A stretch of DNA of 64,000 bases from Eledone cirrhosa (GCA_964016885.1 OZ024761.1:10478001-10542000), one strand, 5' to 3'. Numbered from the stretch's first letter, positions 12,297 to 27,523 are shown. Notes: generated by a model not told the origin, from the letters alone. Translations and numbers: made by a program.

Positions 12297-13498
12297 ACAT
12301 TCTACTGAGAAAGCTGTCCAATATTGGTGTCACTGGAAAGCTGCTGCAGTGGATCAAGAGCTTCCTGTCAAACAGAACCCAACATGTTGTAGTTGAGGGA
12401 GTCAAATCAAGCCCAGCCAAAGTCAGTAGTGGAGTCCCACAAGGCACTGTGTTGGGCCCACTTCTCTTCATCATCTATATTAATGACATCACTGACATCA
12501 TCAAACACAGCAACATTAAAATTTTCGCTGATGATTCCAAGCTCCAAAAGGTCATCAATGGCGTGGATGACCGGATAAGCCTTCAGTCAGACCTACTGGC
12601 TGTTACCCAATGGGCAGAAAAGAACAACATGTTACTGAACGAAGACAAATTCGAACTGATCCACTTTGGAAAAGAGGATGCTCTGAAACTCCCGTACTCC
12701 CTTCCCTCCGGGGAAACTCTCGTGGCATCTAACAACATCAGAGACTTGGGAGTAACCGTGGACAGCAACATAAGCTGGACCACGCATATAAGCAGCAAAG
12801 TTGACATGGCCCGCAGAATGTGTTCCTGGATCCTCAGAACCTTCCAGTCGAGAGATTCCCGCACCATTATCCTTCTCTTCTCTACTTTCGCCCGACCACA
12901 CCTTGAATACTGTTGTCCACTGTGGTCTCCCCACACGAAACAAAGTATCATGAAACTTGAAGCTCCTCAAAGGGCAATCACGAAAAAGATAGATGGCATG
13001 TCAGACCTTGACTACTGGGGTCGATTGGAAAACCTGAAACTTTATTCACTCCAACGTCGCCGTGAGCGTTATATTATCTGCATGATGTGGAAAATGTTCC
13101 ATCATCACTGCCCAAATGATGTTGGCATCGCCTTCAAGATACACCCAAGGCTTGGGCCCCGTGCTATCCGTCCCATTCAAAAATCTAAATCGCAACTCAT
13201 AACAACAATACGGCACAATTATTTCACCTCAATCGGCCCTGCTCTCTTCAACATCACACCAGGACACGTCAAAACAGAAACTGACCACACAAAATTCAAG
13301 AAGTCTTTGGACAAATTCCTCCAAGTAATCCCGGACAAACCACCCACACCCGGATATGTCTCCGCAAACAGTAATTCTCTTCTCGAATGGGCCATGGTGC
13401 CCAAATCCTGAATTGAAAGACTTCGCCAGGTGGTGCTATTAAGTTAGACATGGCCTGGGCCAATACTGGCCAAAACATTTCAAAGTTATTCAAAGTTA
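12297..13498 (+). mobile_element. Second, shorter copy of the same LINE (RT C-terminal half plus 3' end)
   Basis: Matches 11063-12264 at offset 1234; separated from copy 1 by about 26 bp of TA/TACA. Confidence 0.93.
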
Positions 13499-13563
13499 CA
13501 TATATGTATATACATATATATATACATACATATATATATATATACATACATATATATATATAC

Positions 13564-13596
<33 letters not shown>

Positions 13597-13613
13597 CATA
13601 CATATATATATAC

Positions 13614-13644
<31 letters not shown>

Positions 13645-13667
13645 CATATATATATATACATACATAC

Positions 13668-13756
<89 letters not shown>

Positions 13757-13779
13757 CATACATACATATATATATATAC

Positions 13780-13810
<31 letters not shown>

Positions 13811-13829
13811 CATACATATATATATATAT

Positions 13830-13860
<31 letters not shown>

Positions 13861-13923
13861 CATACATATATATACATATATACATATATATACATATATA
13901 TACATATATATATATACATATAT

Positions 13924-13974
<51 letters not shown>

Positions 13975-14126
13975 CATATATATATATACATATATATACA
14001 TACATATATATATATATACATATATATATATACATATATATATATACATATATATATATATACATACATATATATATATATACATACATATATATATATA
14101 TATACATACATATATATATACATACA

Positions 14127-14164
<38 letters not shown>

Positions 14165-14263
14165 CATACATATATATATACATACATACATATATATATA
14201 CATACATATATATATATATATACATACATATATATATATATACATACATATATATATATATAT

Positions 14264-14302
<39 letters not shown>

Positions 14303-14304
14303 CA

Positions 14305-14358
<54 letters not shown>

Positions 14359-14422
14359 TATATATATACATATATATATACAATATTAAATAAATGGAAA
14401 ACTATATTTATAAAACCATATT

Positions 14423-14488
14423 TATTTCATTATATATATTTCGGGGATATCATATTAACAATATGCTATGCCTTCATCAGACAAAATA
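14423..14488 (-). ncRNA. Hammerhead ribozyme of the Neptune pLTR (left-arm copy)
   Basis: Mirror of 20892-20958. Confidence 0.75.
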
Positions 14489-15981
14489 CAATATAAACAG
14501 TTTTATAGATAAATATATTCGACATACCGTAATAAACATCAACTGCAGTGAAAATACAGAGAGAAAGAAAGAGAGAGAGAAAAGAGGGAAATAGGAAAGA
14601 AAGAAAGACAAAACGAAGAAAAGGAAGAAAAAGAAGAAAAAGAAAAAGAAGAAATGCATGGGACAAAATAGAGAGATGGAAAAATAGATAAAGCGAAGAG
14701 CTTCATGTAAAGAGACAGAAAGAGATATATATATATATAGAGAGAGAGAGGAAGTAGAGATAGATACATATATAAATATAGATATAGAAAAATTAGGTAG
14801 TGGGAGGTCATTTTGAGTAAGTGTATCAATGATGCATTTATTTATTTATTTATTTATTTATTTAGCTCAAGTATTAATGTAAGGGAGATATATAGAGAGA
14901 TATAAAGAGATATAGAGAGAGAAAAAATTTAAAAATAGCCAGACATATTCGAGGCGTAGAAAACCCTATGTTTTAATGTATTAGTATTTATAAAACTTAC
15001 ACTATATTGTAAATATCAGTATTCCTGAATGAAACAAGTATTCACAATGCGTGAAAATTCATTATCTTATGTTTAGTTTTTTAAAAAAATTCATATGTCT
15101 ATGTGAATCCAACTGATTCACTCCGCAAATTCAAAGTTACCGGAAAACATTCTCAATGTGGTATAAAAATTTGAGCGTATTATTATTCTTGCGATTACTC
15201 TACAAGATTATCTATCAAGCAGAAATAGAGAGCAGATTTCAATATACCAATCGAAAATATATATTATATTATAAGCAGAGATAACAATAATAATGATAAT
15301 AAGTAAAAATATATAAAAAAATATAAAAATATAGAATAGAAAACTAAAAAAGAATATTACGAAAGAATATTACATAATAAAAATATTGCATATTAAAAAT
15401 ACTACGTATTAAAAATATTACGTATTAAAACTTTACATATAAAAATATTAAAAATAAAAATTTACATATAAAAATATTAATAAAATAAAAATATTATAGA
15501 ATACTACAATACTAAAAGAATAAAAGTAAAAATAAAAATAAAAATAAAAATAAAAATAAAAATAAAAATAAAAATGAAAATAAAAATAAACCACAAAGAA
15601 CAACCCTTCAAAGTTAATTGACAATATATTGCCAAGTTCACTACAAGACAAAGCCAAAAATTATCTATCAAATCACATCTAGCAAGGAATATCGCAAAAA
15701 AAGATTATGATGTCCAATAATGTCTACATATGTTCCTATATTTAATATATAAGTTTATCAAGTGTAAGGTTAATTCAAAAAATTTGGAGCATCGGCTTTT
15801 AGGGTAGCTTAATTTTTCATGAGGAATGTTTAGATAAAAAAATAAAAATAAAAATAAAAATAAAAATAAATAAAATAAAATAAAATAAACAATAAAAAGA
15901 GTAAAAAGAGGGAATCAAAGATTTAGGAATCAAAAGATTTATCGGCTAGTTCTCATATAAATATAAATCAAACTAAATATA

Positions 15982-17765
15982 CTACATTTTAAATTTAAAT
16001 TTATATTTAAACGTTGAGTTTAATCTATGTTTGCAACAACTGAATAAATTTGTCCGTAGGTTAAGGGAATTTTTAGATTTTAGTATAAAGAATATCTCCT
16101 CTGCGCAGAGGTCACATGTCTCAGAGGATGAATTAAAAGGAATCCCTCTTGAGACTATATTCCAAGCCGTCGAATATCTAACGTTATCTAGCTTAAGTTG
16201 CCAGAGTACACCTGATAGTGCCGTTGAAGATTTTTTATTTGGATCTGTGAAAGAATTCTTGTGGTTATTATAGCGAAGTTTAAATTCCGTCGATGTGGAA
16301 CCGACGTAGTTAAAAGAATTAGAGTCAGTATTAACATTACAATTGTATACTATATTTTTAACTAAGCAGTTGTTATTTAACGGACATTTAGATCTATCTC
16401 TACAGTTACATTTGTTAACTTGTATATTATTTATGCTATTATCAGTAGGTTTTAAGTTCCTATTATTTATTCTATTAATATTTTGTGCTAAATTTTTGGT
16501 GGATGAGTAGGTTAATTTAATTGTATGCCTATTGAAGATTGAGTGGTACCTATGTGTTCTAGGGAAGCGATTATCAAGAGCTTTGAAAAATAATTTAGCG
16601 ATGTGGGTTTTAATGTTTAGTGAGAAAGGGGGGGGCAAACCAAATTATGTTCCTAGTTCTATTTCTTTTTTGTCCTTTGGAATTATTGTAATGCTTTCTA
16701 TTATAGTTGTTAATGTTGTTGCCGTCATTAGAAAAGTTGTTACTTTGTTTAGTTTGTTTATCATTATCTATGTACACAATCTTATCAGCATACCCTGCCC
16801 TAGCTAGTGCATCATTATAGTATTGGGCCTTTTCGTCAAAAATCTTTCTATTCGACGAGATCCTAGAGATACGTTTTTGGACTGAGTTTACTATAGTGTT
16901 TTTGACAGATCTGGGGTGGTTAGAGTTAAAGTTGACATAGTTTAAGTTTTCATTCAACTTGTGAAAAGGATAGTGGAGACATGTGTTGAGATTTAATGTT
17001 ATATCTAGGAAATTGACTATTCTATGGTTGTTCTCAATTTCTATTTTAAGGTTAAAGTAATTAAAAAATTTTGTAATTTGTTTACATTTTCTATTTAGTT
17101 CAGGGTTATTATTATTAATAAGTAAAAGCATGTCATCCCTATATAAACCTCCGGTAGTACCAGGTATTTTCCTATGTAGCGAATTGATTAAAAATAAGCC
17201 CACAAGGTCAGTTACCTGAGCTGAGTCGGAAGATCCCATAGTTATGTCAAAATTGCTATCTCTATCTGCTCTAGTCCATAATTTGTCATCAAATTCTATC
17301 AAAGTTTTCCTAGCCGATAATATAATATGCATTTCTTTGCTAGTTAGGTCCGTATGTTTGAATGCGTAATTTAGTGCCTTATTTAGTAGACTAGGGGTAA
17401 TAGAAGAATAATAGTTAGCTATATCAAGTTGAATAAACCTATTATTATTGTCATATTTAATTTGCCTAAACCACTCAACAACCTCTCCAGTTCCCTTCCA
17501 CAAGCTCAGGTTAGATACATAATCCAAGTTCTTAATTTGCAGTATCACCCTGTCAAGAATGTTTTTGCTTAATTTGCCCAGGTCCGATTTTGAAGGTGCG
17601 ATCAATCTAACTGGCAGGTCAATCTCAAAATTCCTCTTGTGGTCCTTCATATTGATCTTCGGTTTCCTGGGCACGAAAGGTTGTGTTCTGTTCTCAATTT
17701 CCAACTCATGCATTATACAAGATGCTTCAACATTCATTTTCTCAAGTTCGGTCTTATCTGCATTC
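15982..17765 (-). pseudogene. PLE RT + GIY-YIG polyprotein, left arm, 5'-truncated, frameshift in C8 run at 16628-16635
   Basis: KDHK, PVRLIAP, FIQLDIANYYSSI, TMGSSDSAQVTDLVG, GLYRDD, VNFLDITLNL, IIWFAPPFS, CNCR..CPL..C, IVY..YVGST..FKLRYNNH, CDLC..E. Confidence 0.88.
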
Positions 17766-19341
17766 TTGACAGGGTGATACTGCAAATTAAGAACTTGGAT
17801 TATGTATCTAACCTGAGCTTGTGGAAGGGAACTGGAGAGGTTGTTGAGTGGTTTAGGCAAATTAAATATGACAATAATAATAGGTTTATTCAACTTGATA
17901 TAGCTAACTATTATTCTTCTATTACCCCTAGTCTACTAAATAAGGCACTAAATTACGCATTCAAACATACGGACCTAACTAGCAAAGAAATGCATATTAT
18001 ATTATCGGCTAGGAAAACTTTGATAGAATTTGATGACAAATTATGGACTAGAGCAGATAGAGATAGCAATTTTGACATAACTATGGGATCTTCCGACTCA
18101 GCTCAGGTAACTGACCTTGTGGGCTTATTTTTAATCAATTCGCTACATAGGAAAATACCTGGTACTACCGGAGGTTTATATAGGGATGACATGCTTTTAC
18201 TTATTAATAATAATAACCCTGAACTAAATAGAAAATGTAAACAAATTACAAAATTTTTTAATTACTTTAACCTTAAAATAGAAATTGAGAACAACCATAG
18301 AATAGTCAATTTCCTAGATATAACATTAAATCTCAACACATGTCTCCACTATCCTTTTCACAAGTTGAATGAAAACTTAAACTATGTCAACTTTAACTCT
18401 AACCACCCCAGATCTGTCAAAAACACTATAGTAAACTCAGTCCAAAAACGTATCTCTAGGATCTCGTCGAATAGAAAGATTTTTGACGAAAAGGCCCAAT
18501 ACTATAATGATGCACTAGCTAGGGCAGGGTATGCTGATAAGATTGTGTACATAGATAATGATAAACAAACTAAACAAAGTAACAACTTTTCTAATGACGG
18601 CAACAACATTAACAACTATAATAGAAAGCATTACAATAATTCCAAAGGACAAAAAAGAAATAGAACTAGGAACATAATTTGGTTTGCCCCCCCCCTTTCT
18701 CACTAAACATTAAAACCCACATCGCTAAATTATTTTTCAAAGCTCTTGATAATCGCTTCCCTAGAACACATAGGTACCACTCAATCTTCAATAGGCATAC
18801 AATTAAATTAACCTACTCATCCACCAAAAATTTAGCACAAAATATTAATAGAATAAATAATAGGAACTTAAAACCTACTGATAATAGCATAAATAATATA
18901 CAAGTTAACAAATGTAACTGTAGAGATAGATCTAAATGTCCGTTAAATAACAACTGCTTAGTTAAAAATATAGTATACAATTGTAATGTTAATACTGACT
19001 CTAATTCTTTTAACTACGTCGGTTCCACATCGACGGAATTTAAACTTCGCTATAATAACCACAAGAATTCTTTCACAGATCCAAATAAAAAATCTTCAAC
19101 GGCACTATCAGGTGTACTCTGGCAACTTAAGCTAGATAACGTTAGATATTCGACGGCTTGGAATATAGTCTCAAGAGGGATTCCTTTTAATTCATCCTCT
19201 GAGACATGTGACCTCTGCGCAGAGGAGATATTCTTTATACTAAAATCTAAAAATTCCCTTAACCTACGGACAAATTTATTCAGTTGTTGCAAACATAGAT
19301 TAAACTCAACGTTTAAATATAAATTTAAATTTAAAATGTAG
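17762..19341 (+). pseudogene. PLE RT + GIY-YIG polyprotein, right arm, 5'-truncated, frameshift in C9 run at 18687-18695
   Basis: Translation matches the left arm from ILDRVILQ onward apart from the C-run. Confidence 0.88.
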
Positions 19342-20470
19342 TATATTTAGTTTGATTTATATTTATATGAGAACTAGCCGATAAATCTTTTGATTCCTAA
19401 ATCTTTGATTCCCTCTTTTTACTCTTTTTATTGTTTATTTTATTTTATTTTATTTATTTTTATTTTTATTTTTATTTTTATTTTTTTATCTAAACATTCC
19501 CCATGAAAAATTAAGCTACCCTAAAAGCCGATGCTCCAAATTTTTTGAATTAACCTTACACTTGATAAACTTATATATTAAATATAGGAACATATGTAGA
19601 CATTATTGGACATCATAATCTTTTTTTGCGATATTCCTTGCTAGATGTGATTTGATAGATAATTTTTGGCTTTGTCTTGTAGTGAACTTGGCAATATATT
19701 GTCAATTAACTTTGAAGGGTTGTTCTTTGTGGTTTATTTTTATTTTCATTTTTATTTTTATTTTTATTTTTATTTTTATTTTTATTTTTATTTTTATTTT
19801 TATTTTTACTTTTATTCTTTTAGTATTGTAGTATTCTATAATATTTTTATTTTATTAATATTTTTATATGTAAATTTTTATTTTTAATATTTTTATATGT
19901 AAAGTTTTAATACGTAATATTTTTAATACGTAGTATTTTTAATATGCAATATTTTTATTATGTAATATTCTTTCGTAATATTCTTTTTTAGTTTTCTATT
20001 CTATATTTTTATATTTTTTTATATATTTTTACTTATTATCATTATTATTGTTATCTCTGCTTATAATATAATATATATTTTCGATTGGTATATTGAAATC
20101 TGCTCTCTATTTCTGCTTGATAGATAATCTTGTAGAGTAATCGCAAGAATAATAATACGCTCAAATTTTTATACCACATTGAGAATGTTTTCCGGTAACT
20201 TTGAATTTGCGGAGTGAATCAGTTGGATTCACATAGACATATGAATTTTTTTAAAAAACTAAACATAAGATAATGAATTTTCACGCATTGTGAATACTTG
20301 TTTCATTCAGGAATACTGATATTTACAATATAGTGTAAGTTTTATAAATACTAATACATTAAAACATAGGGTTTTCTACGCCTCGAATATGTCTGGCTAT
20401 TTTTAAATTTTTTCTCTCTCTATATCTCTTTATATCTCTCTATATATCTCCCTTACATTAATACTTGAGC

Positions 20471-20509
<39 letters not shown>

Positions 20510-20891
20510 ATGCATCATTGATACACTTACTCAAAATGACCTCCCACTACCTAATTTTTCTATATCTATATTTATATATGTATCTATCTCTACTTCCTCT
20601 CTCTCTCTATATATATATATCCTCTTTCTGTCTCTTTACATGAAGCTCTTCGCTTTATCTATTTTTCCATCTCTCTATTTTGTCCCATGCATTTCTTCTT
20701 TTTCTCTTTCTTCTTTTTCTTCCTTTTCTTCGTTTTGTCTTTCTTTCTTTCCTATTTCCCTCTTTTCTCTCTCTCTTTCTTTCTCTCTTTCTTTCTCTCT
20801 GTATTTTCACTGCTAGAGTGAACCTCTTCAAATGAAGTTGATGTTTAATACGGTATGTCGAATATATTTATCTATAAAACTGTTTATATTG

Positions 20892-20958
20892 TATTTTGTC
20901 TGATGAAGGCATAGCATATTGTTAATATGATATCCCCCGAAATATATATAATGAAATA
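20892..20958 (+). ncRNA. Hammerhead ribozyme of the Neptune pLTR
   Basis: tattttgt CTGATGA agg..catatt gtt aatatg..ccc GAAA TATATA TA atgaaata; 8-bp helix I including G-U pairs; AATAAA overlaps its 3' end. Confidence 0.75.
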
Positions 20959-21129
20959 AATATGGTTTTATAAATATAGTTTTCCATTTATTTAATATTG
21001 TAAATATACTCCAAGTATTTGTCGAGTGCTTTTATATCAGTTATAAATATTTACTAGTTGTAACCCAACAATTTTAAATATAACTTTACATGTACATATA
21101 TATATATATACATATATATATATACATAG

Positions 21130-21160
<31 letters not shown>

Positions 21161-21225
21161 CATAGATATATATATATACATACATATATATATATACATA
21201 CATATATATATACATATATATATAC

Positions 21226-21260
<35 letters not shown>

Positions 21261-21266
21261 CATATA

Positions 21267-21632
21267 TATAAAGAAAAAGGGATGAAATCGAAAATGCAAC
21301 TGAAGTCTTATTTTTTTTAAAAATATATATATTTATTTGGTTCCTTTACCGGTTTCGCAGTTCTTCTGCTTTTCAAAAGGTGAGTTGAGATGGAGGGTCT
21401 GTGGTTTTTCTCACATCTGAGATGTGAGAAAAACCACAGACCCTCCATCTCAACTCACCTTTTGAAAAGCAGAAGAACTGCGAAACCGGTAAAGGAACCA
21501 AATAAATATATATATTTTTTAAAAAAATAAGACTTCAGTTGCATTTTCGATTTCATCCCTTTTTCTTTATACTTCCACTCGTGTAGGACACCTCGGTTAT
21601 TTTTCATTTTGTAAAAAAAACCTCACTTTCTA

Positions 21633-21633
<1 letters not shown>
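21267..21633 (+). mobile_element. Fold-back PLE-type insert, family B
   Basis: About 305-bp palindrome centred on 21419 plus a 62-nt tail, in (TA)n; HHR in each arm. Confidence 0.8.
21458..21495 (+). ncRNA. Minimal hammerhead with U3-A8 core variant (mirror at 21343-21380, minus)
   Basis: cctt TTGAAAA GCAG aagaa CTGC GAAA CCGG TA aagg. Confidence 0.8.
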
Positions 21634-21681
<48 letters not shown>

Positions 21682-21702
21682 TACATATATATATACATAT
21701 AT

Positions 21703-22129
21703 GTAGGAGGTGAGTTTTATTATAGTACAATAAAGCAATGTAGATATCGGATAAGAAGCACTCTACAGTTTGTAGGACTGGAGTATACATAATATAAGAT
21801 CAAAAGATGGTTAAAGGAGTTCCATGTATTTTATTATGCGCATTTCAAAAACAAACATCATCATGCAATAATATTTGTGTTTTCATCAGATAAAACAGGA
21901 GAACATGATATGAAGGCTAAAAACACTTGTGGATAGTGCAGTTTTAAATCAACATATCATATGTTGATTTAAAACTGCACTATCCACAAGTGTTTTTTAG
22001 CCTTCATATCATGTTCTCCTGTTTTTATCTGATGAAAACACAAATATTATTGCATGATGATGTTTGTTTTTGAAATGCGCATAATAAAATACATGGAACT
22101 CCTTTAACCATCTTTTGATCTTATATTAT
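21703..22129 (-). mobile_element. Fold-back PLE-type insert, family C
   Basis: Tail 21703-21788, palindrome 21789-22129 centred on 21958, HHRs at 21829-21895 (minus) and 22023-22089 (plus). Confidence 0.8.
22023..22089 (+). ncRNA. Hammerhead ribozyme, family C
   Basis: ttttat CTGATGA aaa..acaaatattat/atgatgtttgt..ttt GAAA TGCGCA TA ataaaa. Confidence 0.8.
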
Positions 22130-22163
22130 ATACATATATATATATATACATATACATATATAC

Positions 22164-22196
<33 letters not shown>

Positions 22197-22205
22197 CATA
22201 TATAC

Positions 22206-22238
<33 letters not shown>

Positions 22239-22282
22239 CATATATACATATATATATACATATATACATATATATATATAAA

Positions 22283-22333
<51 letters not shown>

Positions 22334-22474
22334 TATACATATATATACATATATATACATATATATATACATATATATATACATATATATACATATATAT
22401 ATACATATATATATACATATATATATACATATATATATACATATACATATATATATACATATATATACATATAC

Positions 22475-22505
<31 letters not shown>

Positions 22506-22538
22506 CATATATATACATATACATATATATACATATAC

Positions 22539-22585
<47 letters not shown>

Positions 22586-22653
22586 CATACATATATATAT
22601 ACATACATATATATATACATACATATATATATATATACATTATATATATATAC

Positions 22654-22734
<81 letters not shown>

Positions 22735-22767
22735 CATATATATATATATACACATATATATATATAC

Positions 22768-22830
<63 letters not shown>

Positions 22831-22958
22831 CATATATATATATACATATATATATACATATATATATACATATACATATATATACATATACATATACATA
22901 TATATATATATACATATACATATATACATATACATATACATATATATATACATATACA

Positions 22959-23030
<72 letters not shown>

Positions 23031-23181
23031 CATATATATACATACATATATATATATACATATATATACATATATATATATATACATATATATATATACA
23101 TATATATACATATATATATATATACATATATATACATATATATATATATATACATATATATACATATATATATATATATAC

Positions 23182-23276
<95 letters not shown>

Positions 23277-23375
23277 CACATATATATATATATATATACA
23301 TATATATACATATATACATATATATACATATATATATATATATACATATATATATACATATGTATATATATATAC

Positions 23376-23406
<31 letters not shown>

Positions 23407-23407
23407 C

Positions 23408-23438
<31 letters not shown>

Positions 23439-23439
23439 C

Positions 23440-23470
<31 letters not shown>

Positions 23471-23491
23471 CATATATATATACATATATAC

Positions 23492-23522
<31 letters not shown>

Positions 23523-23549
23523 CATATATATATACATATATATATATAC

Positions 23550-23580
<31 letters not shown>

Positions 23581-23593
23581 CATATATATATAC

Positions 23594-23650
<57 letters not shown>

Positions 23651-23737
23651 CATATATATATACATATATATATACATATACATATATATATACATATATA
23701 TATATATATACATATATATATACATATATATATATAC

Positions 23738-23898
<161 letters not shown>

Positions 23899-24188
23899 CA
23901 TATATATACATATATATATATATACACATATATATATACTAGACATGAAAAATGCGCAAGCTCAAAAGTGCCACAGAATGTTATAATAAACCTTCAAAAG
24001 TGTGGGACTAGAGTTGTTGCTAAAAAATATTGTAATCATTATATATCGTACATTCTGTGGCATCCTTTATAAAAATAGCTTAAACCAACGAAGCCTTTAT
24101 TTTTACGCTATTTCACTTAGTTAATTCTTAGAGTGTAACATATAAAAATATGATTTACAACTATAAAATAAATTAATTAATATAATAA

Positions 24189-24276
24189 CAGAGCTGCGGA
24201 GCTGAAATTTAGGAAATAATGGAGTATCGGATCCTGAGTTGGAGCCAGTCAATTTTTGGCCGACTCCGCAGCCCTG
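24189..24276. mobile_element. hAT-type MITE
   Basis: TIRs cagagctgcggag / ctccgcagccctg; 8-bp TSD tataataa/tataatac. Confidence 0.7.
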
Positions 24277-24537
24277 TATAATACATTTCATATTAAAGTT
24301 ATTAATAAACCTATTTTACACTTCATGCAAATTACCACGAGATATTGATATTAGATATAAGATACAGCGCAATATCTACAGCTGTAAAAGTACGAAAGCG
24401 AAGTAATAATAAGTGGCTTAAGGTAATTCCAATATGAAAGTTTGTAGTGATAAAAATTTGATAATGCAATACGATTGTTAATATTATAGTTCTATGAAAA
24501 TGTAACAATAGATAACTAAATTATTTTACTATTAGTA

Positions 24538-24737
24538 NNNNNNNNNNNNNNNNNNNNNNNNNNNNNNNNNNNNNNNNNNNNNNNNNNNNNNNNNNNNNNN
24601 NNNNNNNNNNNNNNNNNNNNNNNNNNNNNNNNNNNNNNNNNNNNNNNNNNNNNNNNNNNNNNNNNNNNNNNNNNNNNNNNNNNNNNNNNNNNNNNNNNNN
24701 NNNNNNNNNNNNNNNNNNNNNNNNNNNNNNNNNNNNN
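24538..24737. other. Assembly gap (200 N)
   Basis: Run of n. Confidence 1.
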
Positions 24738-24866
24738 TATATAATATTATATAATATATATATATATATACATATATATAATTATATAATATATATAAAC
24801 ATATATATAATTATATAATATATATATATATATACATATATATAATATATAATATATATAATATAT

Positions 24867-24908
<42 letters not shown>

Positions 24909-24931
24909 TATAATATATATATATTATATAT

Positions 24932-24981
<50 letters not shown>

Positions 24982-25003
24982 TATATTATATATATATATA
25001 TAT

Positions 25004-25070
<67 letters not shown>

Positions 25071-25089
25071 ATATATATATATATAATAT

Positions 25090-25138
<49 letters not shown>

Positions 25139-25362
25139 TATATATAATATATATATAATATATATATAATATATATATAATATATATATAATATATATAT
25201 ATATAATATATATATAATATATATATAATATATATATAATATATATAATATATATATAATATATATATAATATATATAATATAATATATAATATATATAA
25301 TATATATGATATATAATATATATAATATATATATAATATATAATATATATATAATATATATA

Positions 25363-25401
<39 letters not shown>

Positions 25402-25448
25402 TATATAATATATATATATAATATATATATATAATATATATATATAAT

Positions 25449-25493
<45 letters not shown>

Positions 25494-25530
25494 TAATATA
25501 TAATATATATATATAATATATATATATAAT

Positions 25531-25564
<34 letters not shown>

Positions 25565-25787
25565 ATATATATATAATATATATATATAATATATATATAT
25601 AATATATATATATAATATATATATATAATATATATATATAATATATATATATAATATATATATATAATATATATATATAATATATATATATAATATATAT
25701 ATATAATATATATATAATATATATATATAATATATATATAATATATATATATAATATATATATAATATATATATATAATATATATAT

Positions 25788-25833
<46 letters not shown>

Positions 25834-26239
25834 TATATAATATATATATATAATATATATATATATAATATATATATATAATATATATATATATAATATA
25901 TATATATAATATATATATATATAATATATATATATAATATATATATATAATATATATATATTATATATATATAATATATATATAATATATATATAAATAT
26001 ATATATATATACATAATATATATATAATATATATATATAATATATATATATAATATATATATAATATATATATAATATATATATATATAATATATATATA
26101 TAATATATATATATAATATAATATATATATATATAATATATATATATAATATATATATATATATAATATATATATATATAATATATATATATAATATATA
26201 TATAATACATATATATATATATAATATATATATATATAT

Positions 26240-26270
<31 letters not shown>

Positions 26271-26390
26271 ATATATATATATATATAATATATATATATA
26301 TATATAATATATATATATATAATATATATATATATACATATATATAATATATATATATATAATATATATATATATACATATATATAATAT

Positions 26391-26450
<60 letters not shown>

Positions 26451-26530
26451 ATTATATATATGTATATATATATATATATTATATATATGTATATATATAT
26501 ATATATTATATATATATATACATATATATA

Positions 26531-26602
<72 letters not shown>

Positions 26603-26678
26603 ATATTATATATATATATATTATATATATGTATATATATTATATACATATATATATATTATATATATATATATTATA

Positions 26679-26734
<56 letters not shown>

Positions 26735-26738
26735 ATAT

Positions 26739-26780
<42 letters not shown>

Positions 26781-26868
26781 TATATATACATATATATAAT
26801 ATATATATATATATAATATATATATATATACATATATATAATATATATATATATATATACATATATAT

Positions 26869-26915
<47 letters not shown>

Positions 26916-27091
26916 ATATATAATATATATATATAATATATATATATAATATATATATATATACATATATATAATATATATATATATATAATATATATAT
27001 ATATATATTATATATATATATATATTATATATATTATATATTATATATATTATATATATTATATATATTATATATATATATATATTATATA

Positions 27092-27142
<51 letters not shown>

Positions 27143-27332
27143 ATATATTATATATATATATATATTATATATATATATATACATATATATAATATATAAT
27201 ATATATATAATATATATATATATAATATATATATATATATATTATATATATATATATATTATATATATGTATATATATATATATTATATATAATATATAT
27301 TATATATATATATATATATATTATATATATGT

Positions 27333-27370
<38 letters not shown>

Positions 27371-27435
27371 ATATATATTATATATATATATATATTATAT
27401 ATATATATATACATATATATAATATATATATATAT

Positions 27436-27523
<88 letters not shown>

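Larger units (their letters stand above)
14380..21090. mobile_element. Penelope-like element (Neptune-type) as a head-to-head inverted duplication
   Basis: Arms 14380-17561 (minus) and 17761-21002 (plus), a 199-bp spacer of extra RT sequence, an 88-nt tail on the right arm only, (TA)n flanks. Confidence 0.92.

Noticed and set aside
17639-17893. ORF-track N-termini of the 427-aa and 355-aa RT ORFs
   Set aside because: They are antisense read-through across the inversion junction, not real starts.
15982-19341. Selenocysteine recoding or permuted domains as in Naiad/Chlamys PLEs
   Set aside because: No in-frame TGA, and GIY-YIG is C-terminal to RT.
14380-21090. DNA transposon with giant TIRs
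   Set aside because: The arms are RT/GIY-YIG coding sequence with unequal ends; no transposase. An assembly artefact is unlikely given the asymmetry and matching small copies, but is not excluded.
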